64,000 nt of DNA, taken from Lytechinus pictus. Lineage: Eukaryota. The stretch is from assembly GCF_037042905.1 (NCBI RefSeq), contig NC_087251.1, positions 37,760,001 to 37,824,000 on the forward strand. Reading direction: 5' to 3'. Below are positions 26,157 to 38,500 of the stretch, in pieces; positions within the stretch are counted from its first letter, which is position 1; each line of letters begins with the position of its first letter. Position numbers and translations under genes: made by a program. Under the pieces are notes generated by a model. The model was given only the letters and a program-made list of their open reading frames with translations, did not search any database and was not told the DNA's origin.

Positions 26157-26712
26157 TTATATCCCTTACTTAAGATTGTTGTATTGAGAGTGTACACAAG
26201 GAGAAAAAGAATAGTTTTACTACGAAAAACGTTTGCCATGAAATAGTTCATTTTCCTTGCTGACGTCACGCATAGTCCATTTTTCCCCTAGGGAAAAAGT
26301 GAACTATACGTTTTTTTTACCCCCCCTATCTCGCGATTCGCGAGCTGTGCGGCGCGATGCGAACAGAGCGCTGCACAGCCAGACCGTACTCTCCACTGCA
26401 TGCCAGGGGAAACTTTCGGCGAGCTGCACTAACCAGGTGCCGGGCCAGGTGCGCTCGCTGAACAGACGATCCATACGGCAAGACCTATTATTTTCTCAAC
26501 TTCTCAAGGATTGTTCTAAATCGACTTATTAAAAATTGTTTCGCTGTAAAATGGTATGAGTGGAAGGGATATAAAACAAATATATAATGACCCATTCTCG
26601 GAACAGGCTAAAACTATTCGCACTCAGGAACATCACATAGTACTATTCTCCCTCGGGCCCCTTCGATGCGAATAGTTTTAGCCAGATCCCCGATTGTCAT
26701 TGTATATTTGTA
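26157..26712. mobile_element. Non-autonomous Crypton-like element
   Basis: 5' ttatatccctt is inverted at subterminal aagggatataa, followed by a long 3' hairpin ggctaaaactattcgca / tgcgaatagttttagcc; no TSD. Confidence 0.5.
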
Positions 26713-26938
26713 GATTTGCAAAAACTACATCAACAGTAAGACAATTTTCCCAACTGGAATTTTGTTCAACGGGTCAAAAGCCCATTTGGTTTTGTGTACA
26801 TGGATGATTACAAAAGATGTTTGGAAAACAAAAGTAGATTATGTATATGTAGAGAGATGAACAGAGTAATTTTTCATAAAGGAATCTGCTTATCACAATT
26901 TTAGTTGGCACCAATTTGTCTCTCTCTCTCCCAAACAG

Positions 26939-27089
26939 GAGATTGTCTCTGGATTTGGATTGAATTGAGAGAACATCACAAGACTAACTAATCGGTGCAA
27001 TTGATGGCAGGAAGAAATCACTGTGATATCATCGACCATGACCATGATTATCTACTCAGCCCAGGAACAACAACAAGGAAGTTGGAAAA
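26939..27089 (+). pseudogene. Candidate exon of the decayed long gene
   Basis: (ct)n ccaaacag acceptor and gtaagt donor; stops in all three frames. Confidence 0.4.
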
Positions 27090-27117
27090 GTAAGTTGCCA
27101 CTAGGTCAAAACCCATT

Positions 27118-27418
27118 GGCCCATATTCAGAAGTTGGGTTTAATTTAAACTCTGGTTTTAAGTTGTGGTTTATCTATGGAAAGCAAGTTGTTACATAAAT
27201 CTATAACAGTAAAGGTTCAATGTATCAGCTCATTTGACTCGCAAAACATTATCCTGGGAAGGATAAGTATGACAGTTTTCTTCACCTTTAAATAATTAGT
27301 AAAGAGCACAGTAAACATGAGCATTCACTGTAAACAAAATTTTGAAACGTTTTGCTTCCCATAATTTTAGCAGAGTTAGACCATGGTCTAAGTTAAACCC
27401 GACTTCAGAATATGGGCC
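27118..27418. mobile_element. Harbinger-like MITE
   Basis: TIR ggcccatattcagaagt / acttcagaatatgggcc, ATT TSD; a related end lies near 6190-6240. Confidence 0.8.
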
Positions 27419-27568
27419 ATTATGTCTACATTGGTCTCTTCCCATATGGTCTAATCCTAGCTTTTCTACAACCCATCTTCCATTTTGTCTAATTTCCAGT
27501 TATGCTGTACACATTTCTTCTAATCCACTTGGTCTGACACTAGTCTATATGATTACATGAAATGTTAA

Positions 27569-28169
27569 AGGACAAGTCCACCCCAACAAAAAGTTGATTT
27601 GAATAAAAGGAGAAAAATCTAACAAGCATAACACTGAAAATTTCATCAAATCGGATGTAAAATAAGAAAGTTATAACATTTTAAAGTTTTGCTTAATTTC
27701 ACATAATAGTATATGCACATCCCAGTCAGTATACAAATGAGGGAACTGATGACATCACTCACTCACTTTTTCTTTTGTATTTTTATTATAAGAAATATGA
27801 AATATTATAAATTTCTCCTCATTGTCCTGTGAAACAAAGTTTAACTTCTCACTGAACATGTGGAATTACCATTGTTTAACATATATGGTTCAGTCAAGTT
27901 GGTTCTTATTGTCAAATCTGTAAAAATTGAAATATTGTATAATTCAAACAATAAAAAACAAAAGAAATAGTGAGTGAGGGACATCATTGATTCTCTAATT
28001 TGCATGTGACTAAATTGTGCATATAACTATTTTGTGAAAAATAAGCAAAATTTTAGAATGTCATAACTTTCTTATTTTACATCCAATTTTGATGAAATTT
28101 TCAGCATTATGCTTGTCTGAGTTTTCTCTTTTGATTCAAATCAACATTTTTATGAGGTGGACTTGACCT
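27569..28169. mobile_element. Kolobok-like MITE
   Basis: TTAA-aggacaagtccacc...ggtggacttgacct-TTAA. Confidence 0.85.
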
Positions 28170-28329
28170 TTAATGAACCAAATTTTCATGTGACAAAGTG
28201 TAAAATAATAAGTAGATGAAGTAGAATATTGGACCACCTAAGCATGATACCAAATACCTGTTACATGTACTAGACCAAGTGACAGATATAAATGGACAAA
28301 ACAGTGATTAGACCAATTTGTTGGTAGAT

Positions 28330-29200
28330 TCATTAATTTATTGTCCTCAATGGAAATTCACTCTGTTGGCATTACAAAATATACATACATTTTTTACATA
28401 AATTATACTGCACAACACTTCAATTGATATACATTATGCACACCATAGATGTCATTATTTCAGTCATTATATTGTTACATTATTATATTACATTGTTATC
28501 ACCTAAAGATATGTAACACTGGTTGAAGAGGTGAAATTTGATGAAGTTCAGATGACTGGCAAAGTGACAAGATATGGGCTTATTTAGTGTAGTTCATTGT
28601 ATTTGCGGATAGAGAGCGGAACAAAGGAGTTGAGGAAGCGTGAAATACAGTATGTGCCTTCACTGACCGGTACTGTTTGCTTGAGCGCATGAGAGTATAA
28701 CATGGGTGTAGAGGGTGATTATCATTTTCTATTATCTGTGAGACATGTTTCAAGATCATATTATTGTATTTATTTGTCAGATTTGTCACTTCGCCAGACA
28801 TCTTGCCAGCATAATTTGCTATTTTCTGTAATTTTTGAGGTCATCTTTCCTGCACCCACCGAACCAAACAACACAACTGAAGATCATGACACTTTCAATT
28901 ACGGTTTTATAGAATAGTTTCAGAATTATCCTATCAACATGGAATGAATTCATTTTTGTAAGAAAGTACATCCGTTGCTGTGCCCTTGTATACAGAGACT
29001 GACATTGGTCTTTCCACGATATAGCTCTTGGTCAATGGCTGTGCCCAGGTACTTAAAATTGTTGACTGTCTCTATAACTTCTCCTTTTAGATTAATTGGG
29101 TTTATTTGAACTTTGTTTACACGAAAATCGACAATCATCTCTTTCGTTTTGGCTGTGTTCAATTCTAAGAAATTTTTGTGATGCCATTGCTCAAACACAG
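28330..29200 (-). mobile_element. Rex1/Babar-like LINE 3' fragment
   Basis: W..NFLELNTAKTKEMIVDFR..VNNFKYLGTAID and IIENDNHPLHPCYTLMRSSKQYRSVKAHT motifs, with frameshifts. Confidence 0.8.
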
Positions 29201-30117
29201 ATAACTCCTAAGACTAAGTATATGCAAAACAAAGAAAAAAAGTCTAAATTGTAAAATATACAGCCTCTCTCTCTCTCTCTCTCTCCAATGACTTCTTTAA
29301 TTCACTTTAGGCATTGAAATCTATTTTAAAAGTAAATTAACCATGAATATTGTACAGGAAACAAACTGAAATCAAAGCTAAATCATCTTTGTCGAGTTTA
29401 TTGGAATCAATTAAATGAAATAAGCTCCTGTTATCATGTCACATACTTAAACATGTTAACTTATGCAATCTCCACTTCTGCACTCTTACCCAGTTGGTAT
29501 CTGTAATGAATAGTGAAACAGCCAGTCAGAAGTTTACATGAAAGCAATAAGAAATAATAAACCATTTAGAAGTTCACATGAAAGCAATAAAGTTTTACAC
29601 ATTTATCTATATTCTTTTGCATTAAGTAGACACATATCTTTTCAAATGACTAAAATAATTATGTAAAATAAATATAAAGTTACCAAGTAAAAATAAAGTT
29701 ACACACATTGTAACGGCAAAGTACGGTGCTGTTAGTTCGAGATGTACATGAACAAATTAAGTTTAACACGTCTCATTGGCAAAATGTTTAGTATAATGAA
29801 AGATCTGAGTCACTCTTAGAAAGACTTTACAAAGCCAAACACACACAGTAAAATGAATAAATAAATCTTTTGATTAGATGAATTTTGCAAGTAACTAATA
29901 TTGATTAACAATCATAAGCCTCATCTTGGCAGGCAGATGCACCTAAATAAATTAAATTTCCTGATCTACTTCTCTTTATTTAAAGACATATATACAAAAA
30001 ATAAATAGATTTTGCATCTTAAGAAAAAATGAATGTTATGCTCTGACAATTGCTCTACCTCCAAAACTTTTCAAGTTGAGAAAGGAAAATACTTAACCAG
30101 CTATCGGTCCAAACCCA

Positions 30118-31384
30118 CTATTTATTTGTATTTGCTAAAGATTTAAGGAGAGCTAACATAATTGATTGCATATGTTGATTATGTTGTTGTTGCTGCTGCT
30201 GTTGACTGTTGCTGCTGCTGAAGAAGTTGCTGTTGTTGCTGGAGCAATTGTTGTTGCATCATTTCAAATCGTCTTTCCCGTTTCTCCTCATCTGCTTTTC
30301 TTTGATCCTCCTCCTCCCGTCTCCTTTTTGTTTCTTCATCACGTCTCCTGTTTTCGTCTGCTAGTCTCTTTTCCATCTCCTCCCTTTTCATTTCCCGTTC
30401 GAACTCCATTTTACGTTCAATTAAGGCAAGGGTATGTCGGCAATTGTTCCTATGGCTACGTGCTGTGGTGCTGCATTCATCTTGGTGTCTTGGTGCCTTT
30501 TCATTTCCCGTTCGAACACCATTTTACGTTCAATTAAGGCAAGGGTATGTCGGCCATTGTTCCTATGGCTACGTGCTGTGGTGCTGCATTCATCTTGGTG
30601 TCTTGGTGCCTTTTATTTCCCGTTCGAACTCCATTTTACGTTCAATTAAGGCAAGGGTATGTTGGCCATTGTTCCTATGGCTACGTGCTGTGGTGCTGCA
30701 TTCACCTTGGTGTCTGAAATGAAAATATTGTAATAAGTTGTGCAGAAAGGGAGTGTGAAAAAATATATTGAAATCAAAATATTGCTTCTCTCATTTAAAA
30801 ATCACATCTAATTGTTTCACATGAAAAACATTTTTTTTGGGCTTACATGGGAAGCCTATCCATAATATTTCACCCTATAACAACTGTGGAATGATCATGT
30901 ACAGCTCTAACACTATACGCTAATGTATGATTCTTTTCCCCCTCAGAAGTTGCACCTGTCGAGAATTTACATCATAAGGATGTACCGTCGCGGTGCCCCA
31001 TGCAATGACATGACCAAATTGGCTGAAACAACAAATGGCACGAGTACATACGCAGGTAGTCATACTTTTTCAGTTCTTCGAGTCTTAATCGAATGGAACC
31101 ATGAAAATTCCTCCATTTTAATTTAATAATCATACACAAAAGCAAGCCTTATCTTACATCAATCATCTTGAATCTCACTCTTACTAGCTTTGCCAGGGTT
31201 AGCTAAGGCTAGCCTAAGGTTAAGCAGTTACGACCGGCCCGGGCCGGGGATCTTGCCGTACATCCCAAGAAATGCAATGCCACTTAATTAGCCAGGCCCA
31301 TGCCATTGTAGAGCAAGTACTTCAAGCAAATGTTAGTATTTTAAGGAAGTTAAAAAAACTCACCGAATTCAAGCTTAGATCCAT
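30118..31384 (-). pseudogene. Decayed spliced Harbinger-type accessory (coiled-coil/poly-Q) gene
   Basis: Exons 31384-31364 (MDLSLNS|gtgagt), 31022-30956 (PIWS..TVHPYDVNSRQ) and 30713-30118 (TLALIERKMEFEREMKREE..RRFEMMQQQ..MLALLKSL); frameshifts and a triplication. Confidence 0.5.
30386..30713. repeat. Tandem triplication of a 112-113-bp unit
   Basis: tttcccgttcgaa.. recurs at 30391, 30504 and 30616. Confidence 0.95.
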
Positions 31385-33310
31385 GGCATCCTTCGAATCT
31401 ATATCTTTAATATTTAACGTTCAGCTGTAACTTGTTGACTTTGTGACTTTGTCGTTGATTTATTTTGGAATTACACTCCAGATACCAGATCGAGTGATGA
31501 TTACATGCACAGTGCACAAGGCGCTTTTTAGGTACAGGCATGCTGATTGGCTGTTGCTTCCCCGGCTAACCTGAACCGCAGATTGAATGTTTCCGTTGCG
31601 GATGCAAAAGGTAAATAAATTCTCATGTCACACAATTTGCATATTGCAGGACAGTCTTTTACGACGGGCCCAAAAGTCTCTTCCAAAATCAGTTACCGTC
31701 GTAAAGATAGGTCCGCATTGTCCAGCAAAAAAGTCGCTAACAACTAACAAGTATTTAATGCTATTTAATTTCAAGTTCAATTTTTTTTTTTCAAGTATAC
31801 TTAATGGGGGAATAAATACAAAAGAACAAAATAAAGCACTGATCGCACAAATACATAAAGAAATATCTTGTAGTACTATAACAAAATTATCATGAATACC
31901 TGTTTAGCCTATTGAATTAGGTTTGATTGGCCTGGTTCAGTTTATAATTCAAACTAGGGGGCTGTTTCATGGAGCTGTGTGTATTACACATAGCTTGTGA
32001 ATATATAACCTTTTATGTAGCTGACATACCACAAAAGAACATGTTCCAGTCCTGCTTGTGAACAGTTCTTAATTGGAATATGTCTGCACCTTAAAGTTAG
32101 CTCAACATTATTTAAATTTGATATAACTGTGATCATGCAGTGACATCTCTTGAGGTTAACGGCTTGCTTTTCTGATTGTTATCCATCATACTTTACTTGA
32201 TAATGTTTACAATTTTGATTAATTTTGTAGACATCATATTTCCCTGACGTTTAATGTTTCATTTTGGTTAAAATCTGTATATGTCTTCTCTCAGCTTATC
32301 TGCAATATGAACTTCTTGATTTTCGATTCTATCTTATGTATACATGTAGTTGTTTTCAAAGTCAGCATTCTATAATGTAATGCAGGCCAGACTGTCGGAT
32401 GCGTTCCACTTTTAATATGGAGGAGGGGGGGATATGATTTTTTTTAGCAATTAAATTAACTGAATTCAATTCAATAACGAGTATACATGTATGGGTAATA
32501 TTTGGAGAGTTTCATGACCTACATCTTTCTATCTGGTTATCTTCTTTTTTCTTTTTCTAATTTTTCTAATCTTTCCCCCCTTTTTATACTACATGAGGAA
32601 TCCGGGGGGGGGGGGGGGGTAGTCACCTCCTGCTGCCCCTGTAGCACAGCCCTGTTGAGTATGATACAAATTTTCCATATATTTATCATAGCAAGTTATC
32701 TTGGCCATAGGGCTCAATGGGTTAATGGCTTATCTATAGATTTCTTCATTAAACCTAGGGCCTTTTCACATGTGAATCTTGAATCATCATTGTAATGATG
32801 ACTGCAATTCCTCTTTAGAATCATCAGACTTTTCACACGGAAAATTCATACCGTAATTTGAGTGAAACTTACACCTGTAATTGGAATTCACCTCCAGAGT
32901 AGAATTTGAATTTGTGATTGTGATAAGCGTTCGTGATTCTAGTTTGGTTTCACATGTGCTCAAAATTCATCATGAGCCTCATTTTTCACTGGAATTATCA
33001 TGCAAATTACAATTTATTTTACCTAAACTACGCATTTATCTTTGTCTCAAAGGTATGCATGACATGTTGAATTATGAGGTAACAGGTCATTGTCTGACCT
33101 AGCAACATTGAGGTTTAGAGTGCCATCATTATTATAAAAAATCCTGAAGGAGATGCACATGTTCATTATTTTTGCAATTGTTGTGAGAACAGACACTTAT
33201 GAATGGAAGAATACTAACCATTGAAATCCAAAGAACAGCATATAGCTTGCTAACATTTGAGCCATTGTATGGGCTTAACATTTTGAACAAGTCATTCAAG
33301 TTATTAAATT

Positions 33311-33413
33311 CATATTCAAATGTAATGAAGTCCCAATTTGTATTCATTACATTTGAATACAAATTGGGACTTCATTACATTTGAATATGTAATGAAGTCC
33401 CAATTTGTATTCA
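33311..33413. repeat. Perfect 36-bp inverted repeat plus third direct copy
   Basis: 33311-33346 is the reverse complement of 33354-33389; 33387-33413 repeats the first arm directly. Confidence 0.95.
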
Positions 33414-34042
33414 GGGATGCATGATAAAAAGATTATCACCTCTTCTCTGCCTATTGGATGAAGGCAGTAACTGTAAAGTGTATAAAACATGTTTATGCAT
33501 GAGATTTAGGGAGTATCATAACCCCAGCTAATCTTTATGCTGGCCTTCTTTATTATCTATTTATATCAGCCTTCTTTCCGCTGACATGAATAGGTGATGC
33601 AACTGGGCTGCATTTTCAACTCAAAAGCAATTTATGCTCATTAGATTTGAATCAAATATTCAAGTGTACATTGCATACAGTACAGTGTACAGCATGAGAT
33701 AGGTAGGCTATTGCTCCCCTTGTATTTTTGCATTTTTATTCTCGTAAAAAAAACAAGAAAATAATAATTTGGTAATTTTTTATCTCAACTGTGTAGCACT
33801 ACAGGTGCTGTCATCAACATTGATATCGTAATCAAGGCCAAGTTTTTAAAATGTAATGTACATATTTCATAAGACTTGGACATAAGGGTAATCAGGTAAC
33901 ACCGATCATCATGGATCAATGGCCATTTATAATGCAGGCTAGACTAGACTGCATGAGGTGTTCCACTTATTTACCATTGATCCGATGACCTGAAAGATCT
34001 TTATTTTGGCTAACATAGAAATTATTTATTTATGTTCAACAG

Positions 34043-34240
34043 ATCAAACGGCACAGGCATTTGACAGCTGTAGATCAAGCAGTCCGTGTACTTCTAGATT
34101 CAATATGCAACTTCTCTCGTAGAATACAGGATTCTGGGTATTTACACCTGGATACAAGGGGAGATGTCAAGAATGTGGGAATCCTCTTGCCTTTCAGGAT
34201 GATTCCTACCAAGAATGTCAGGAAAACTGCTGCTACTTAC
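34043..34240 (+). pseudogene. Tyrosine-recombinase-like exon ending in ..IPTKNVRKTAATY
   Basis: ttcaacag acceptor, 66 open codons, phase-0 GT donor; YLHL..G and TxxRKxxxT resemble the YR catalytic box. Confidence 0.6.
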
Positions 34241-34268
34241 GTAGGAATCAGTTGCAATCCCATCTATA

Positions 34269-35581
34269 CACAACAAAAAAAGTAAGTTCCTCCTAAATCA
34301 AAATGCTGTAACTTTTGAACAGAATAATTTTAAAATATAATATTTCGTAGGTGGTTTTTTACACTCATTAAGCAACTTCTGGGGGTAAATGAGATTGATC
34401 GATTGGGTCATGCATGAGTAATCAAAGATTGAATTAAAAATTACCATTTTTGAAAGTCGATCATAGAGTCGTTTTTCAGATTGTGTAAATACAAACATGA
34501 CAAAGTTGGGCAAAGGTTGTTTTGGGGTGAATTTTATGGTGTTAGCGCTGTTTTACTATCCAGCATTTAGACACTCCACACAAAATTTTGATAACGTATG
34601 TTCATGCTTGAGTGAGCACATCATTTTTGTGACGTATCATCATAGGGGTTTATGGTAGTATCCTCTGTAACTTGTTAAAACATGTTAAAATTTGAAAATG
34701 TTAGTTGCTCCCCTCCCCCAATTTCTTGGCACCTCCCCACTTTCAAATTCTGGATCCACCACTGATTTGTCCATAAATTCAACTGATCCTAAAAAATTGT
34801 TAGGAAAAGAATACACTAATGCAGTAAAAAGAGTTTTAATTCCTAAGTTTTCAAGTGTGCTCGCTCAACCATGAAAGTGTAAAAAGTTCGGAAAGTGTGT
34901 GGTGATAAAAATGATGGATAATAAAAACAACACCAAATAAATTACATTTAAAACCGAATTTACCCCCATTATTCGCTTTATAACCCCTCAAAATGAGTCT
35001 GTGACATTGTAAATACCCCTTTACCCCTAGGCGTGCTCACTCATCCATAAATAAAGAAAAGATAATTACAGTTACCAAATTGAAACATTACTTGCCAATT
35101 ATATTTTAAAATCATATTTTTTGTTTTCATTGAATGGTCATTGAGCTGTGAAATGATGAATATTGTTGAAGGTACTCTTCCCAAAAACAATTGTCATCAT
35201 ATTCGATCATTTTCATCGATAAAAATGTGTAAAAATGCCAATAATAGCCAATTTTGACTGTTTATTCAACTGTGAAATTTAGCCACAAGGTTGTATCGTG
35301 TTTTAGAAAGTACATTTTTTCAAGCCTTCTGACTATTTTTTCATGGTGAGAATGTGTGATTCGTTCCAATAAACTGGAATGAAAGTCATGATATTCTGCT
35401 TGTGACAATTTTGCCTTCTGGCGGTGCTCACTGAAGCATGGCAAAAAATATGTCCGTAACAATTCACTAAGAGAGTAGCTTATAAAGTTACCGACACGCT
35501 CATGTAAAAATATATAAAAACTCCCAGTGGTTTGGAAATTATGGATGTTTGTTTAAGGGGGGACTTACTTTTTTTGTTGTG
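34269..35581. mobile_element. Tc1/mariner-like non-autonomous element
   Basis: TA-cacaacaaaaaaagtaagt...acttacttttttt(g)ttgtg-TA. Confidence 0.85.
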
Positions 35582-35599
35582 TATATTTCTTTTCCAAGA

Positions 35600-38500
35600 C
35601 AGTGTGTCCCAGAAAAGAACGAAATCGAAAACTACTGCTTATCATAACTTAATCATAAATACAATAGACAACCTACAGTATTGAACAAATATTATTTTGC
35701 TCAATTTTGGCAAATTTTGCCCAATTTTCCATGTCGCGGGTGGGGCGAGGGGGTCGAAAATTCAAACTCCCTGGATCCTCTTGATTCTCGCTGTAAGAAT
35801 CGGTTAGGATGCTAAAAATTCCCAGGGAGCGAAGACGGCTGATTTGGAGGGTTTCGGGGGAAATATTGAACAAATATTATTTTGCTCAATTTTGGCCAAT
35901 TTTGCCCAATTTTCCATGTCGCGGGTGGGGCAATGGGGTCGAAAATTCAAACTCCTTGGACCCTCTTGATTCTCGCTGTAATAATCAGTTAGGATGCTAA
36001 AACATCCCAGGGAGCAAAGATGGCTGATTTGGGGGCGTTTCGGGGGAAATACTGAACAAATACTGTTTTGCTCAATTTTGCCCAATTTTCCATGTCGCGG
36101 GTGGGGCGAGGGGGTCGAAAATTCAAACTCCCTGGATCCTCTTGATTCTCGCTGTAATAATCGGTTAGGACGCTAAAACATTCCAGGGAGCGAAGACGGC
36201 TGATTTGGGGGGTTTTGGGGGAAATACTGAACAAATATTATTTTGCTCAATTTTGGCCAATTTTGCCCAATTTTCCATGTCGCAGGTGGGGCGAGGGGGT
36301 CGAAAATTCAAACTCCCTGGATCCTCTTGATTCTCGCTGTAATAATCGGTTAAGATGCTAAAACATCCCAAGGAGCGAAGACGGCTGATTTGGGGGGGTT
36401 TCGGGGGAAATATTGAACCAATATTATTTTGCTCTATTTTGGCCAATTTTGCCAAATTTTCCTTGTTCCGGGTGGGGCGAGGGGGTCGAAAATTCAAACT
36501 CCCTGGATCCTCTTGATTCTTGCTGTAATAATCAGTTAGGATGCTGGAACATCCCAGGGAGCGAAGACGGCTGATTTGGGGGGGTTTCGGGGGAAAAATT
36601 GAACAAATATTATTTTGCTCAATTTTGCCCAATTTTGCCCAATTTTCCATGTCGCGGGTGGGGCGAGGGGGTCGAAAATTCAAACTCCCTGGATCCTCTT
36701 GATTCTCGCTGTAATAATCAGTTAGGATGCTAAAACATCCCAGGGAGCGAAGACGGCTGATTTGGGGGGGTTTCGGGGGAAATATTGAACAAATATTATT
36801 TTTCTCAATTTTGCCCAATTTTACCCAATTTTCCATGTCACGGGTGGGGCGAGGGGGTCGAAAATTCAAACTCCCTGGATCCTCTTGATTCTCTTGATTC
36901 TCGCTGTAATAATTGGTTAGGATGCTAAAACATTCCAGGGAGCGAAGACGGCTGATTTGGGGGGGGTTTCGGGGGAAATATTGAACCAATATTCTTTTGC
37001 TCAATTTTGGCCAATTTTGCCTAATTTTCCATGTCGCGGGTGGGGCGAGGGGGTCGAAAATTCAAACTCTCTGGATCCTCTTGATTCTCGCTGTAATAAT
37101 CGGTTAGGATGCTAAAACATCCCAGGGAGCGAAGACGGCTGATTTGGGGGGGTTTCGGGGGAAATATTGAACAAATATTATTTTGCTCAATTTTGGCCAA
37201 ATTTGCCCAATTTTCCATGTCGCGGGTGGGGCGAGGGGGTCGAAAATTCAAACTCCCTGGATCCTCTTGATTCTCGCTGTAATAATCGGTTAGGATGCTA
37301 AAACATCCCAGGGAGCGAAGACGGCTGATTTGGGGGGGTTTCGGGGGAAATATTGAACCAATATTATTTTGCTCTATTTTGGCCAATTTTGCCAAATTTT
37401 CCTTGTTCCGGGTGGGGCGAGGGGGTCGAAAATTCAAACTCCTTGGATCCTCTTGATTCTTGCTGTAATAATCGGTTAGGATGCTGGAACATCCCAGGGA
37501 GCAAAGACGGCTGATTTGGGGGGGTTTCGGGGGAAATATTCAAGAACAAATATTATTTTGCTCAATTTTGGCCAATTTTGCCCAATTTTCCATGTCGCGG
37601 TTGGGGCGAGGGGGTCGAAAATTCAAACTCCCTGGATCCTCTTGATTCTCGCTGTAATAATCAGTTAGGATAATAAAACATCCCAGGGAGCGAAGACGGC
37701 TGATTTGGGGGGGTTTCGGGGGAAATATTGAACCAATATTATTTTGCTCTATTTTGGCCAATTTTGCCCAATTTTCCTTGTTCCGGGTGGGGCGAGGGGG
37801 TCGAAAATTCAAACTCCCTGGATCCTCTTGATTCTTGCTGTAATAATCGGTTAGGATGCTGGAACATCCCAGGGAGCGAAGACGGCTGATTTGGGGGGGT
37901 TTCGGGGGAAATATTGAACAAATATTATTTTGCTCAATTTTGGCAAATTTTGCCCAATTTTCCATGTCGCGGGTGGGGCGAGGGGGTCGAAAATTCAAAC
38001 TCCCTGGATCCTCTTGATTCTCGCTGTAATAATCGGTTAGGATGCTAAAACATTCCAGGGAGCGAAGACGGCTGATTTGGGGGGGTTTCGGGGGAAATAT
38101 TGAACAAATATTATTTTGCTCAATTTTGGCCAATTTTGCCCAATTTTCCATGTCGCGGGTGGGGCGAGGGGGTCGAAAATTCAAACTCCCTGGATCCTCT
38201 TGATTCTCGCTGTAATAATCGGTTAGGATGCTAAAACATTCCAGGGAGCGAAGACGGCTGATTTAGGGGGGTTTCGGGGGAAATATTGAACAAATATTAT
38301 TTTTCTCAATTTTGCCCAATTTTGCCCAATTTTCCATGTCGCGGGTGTGGCGAGGAGGTCGAAAATTCAAACTCTCTGGATCCTCTTGATTCTCGCTGTA
38401 ATAATCGGTTAGGATGCTAAAACATCCCAGGGAGCGAAGACGGCTGATTTGGGGGGGTTTCGGGGGAAATATTGAACAAATATTATTTTGCTCAATTTTG

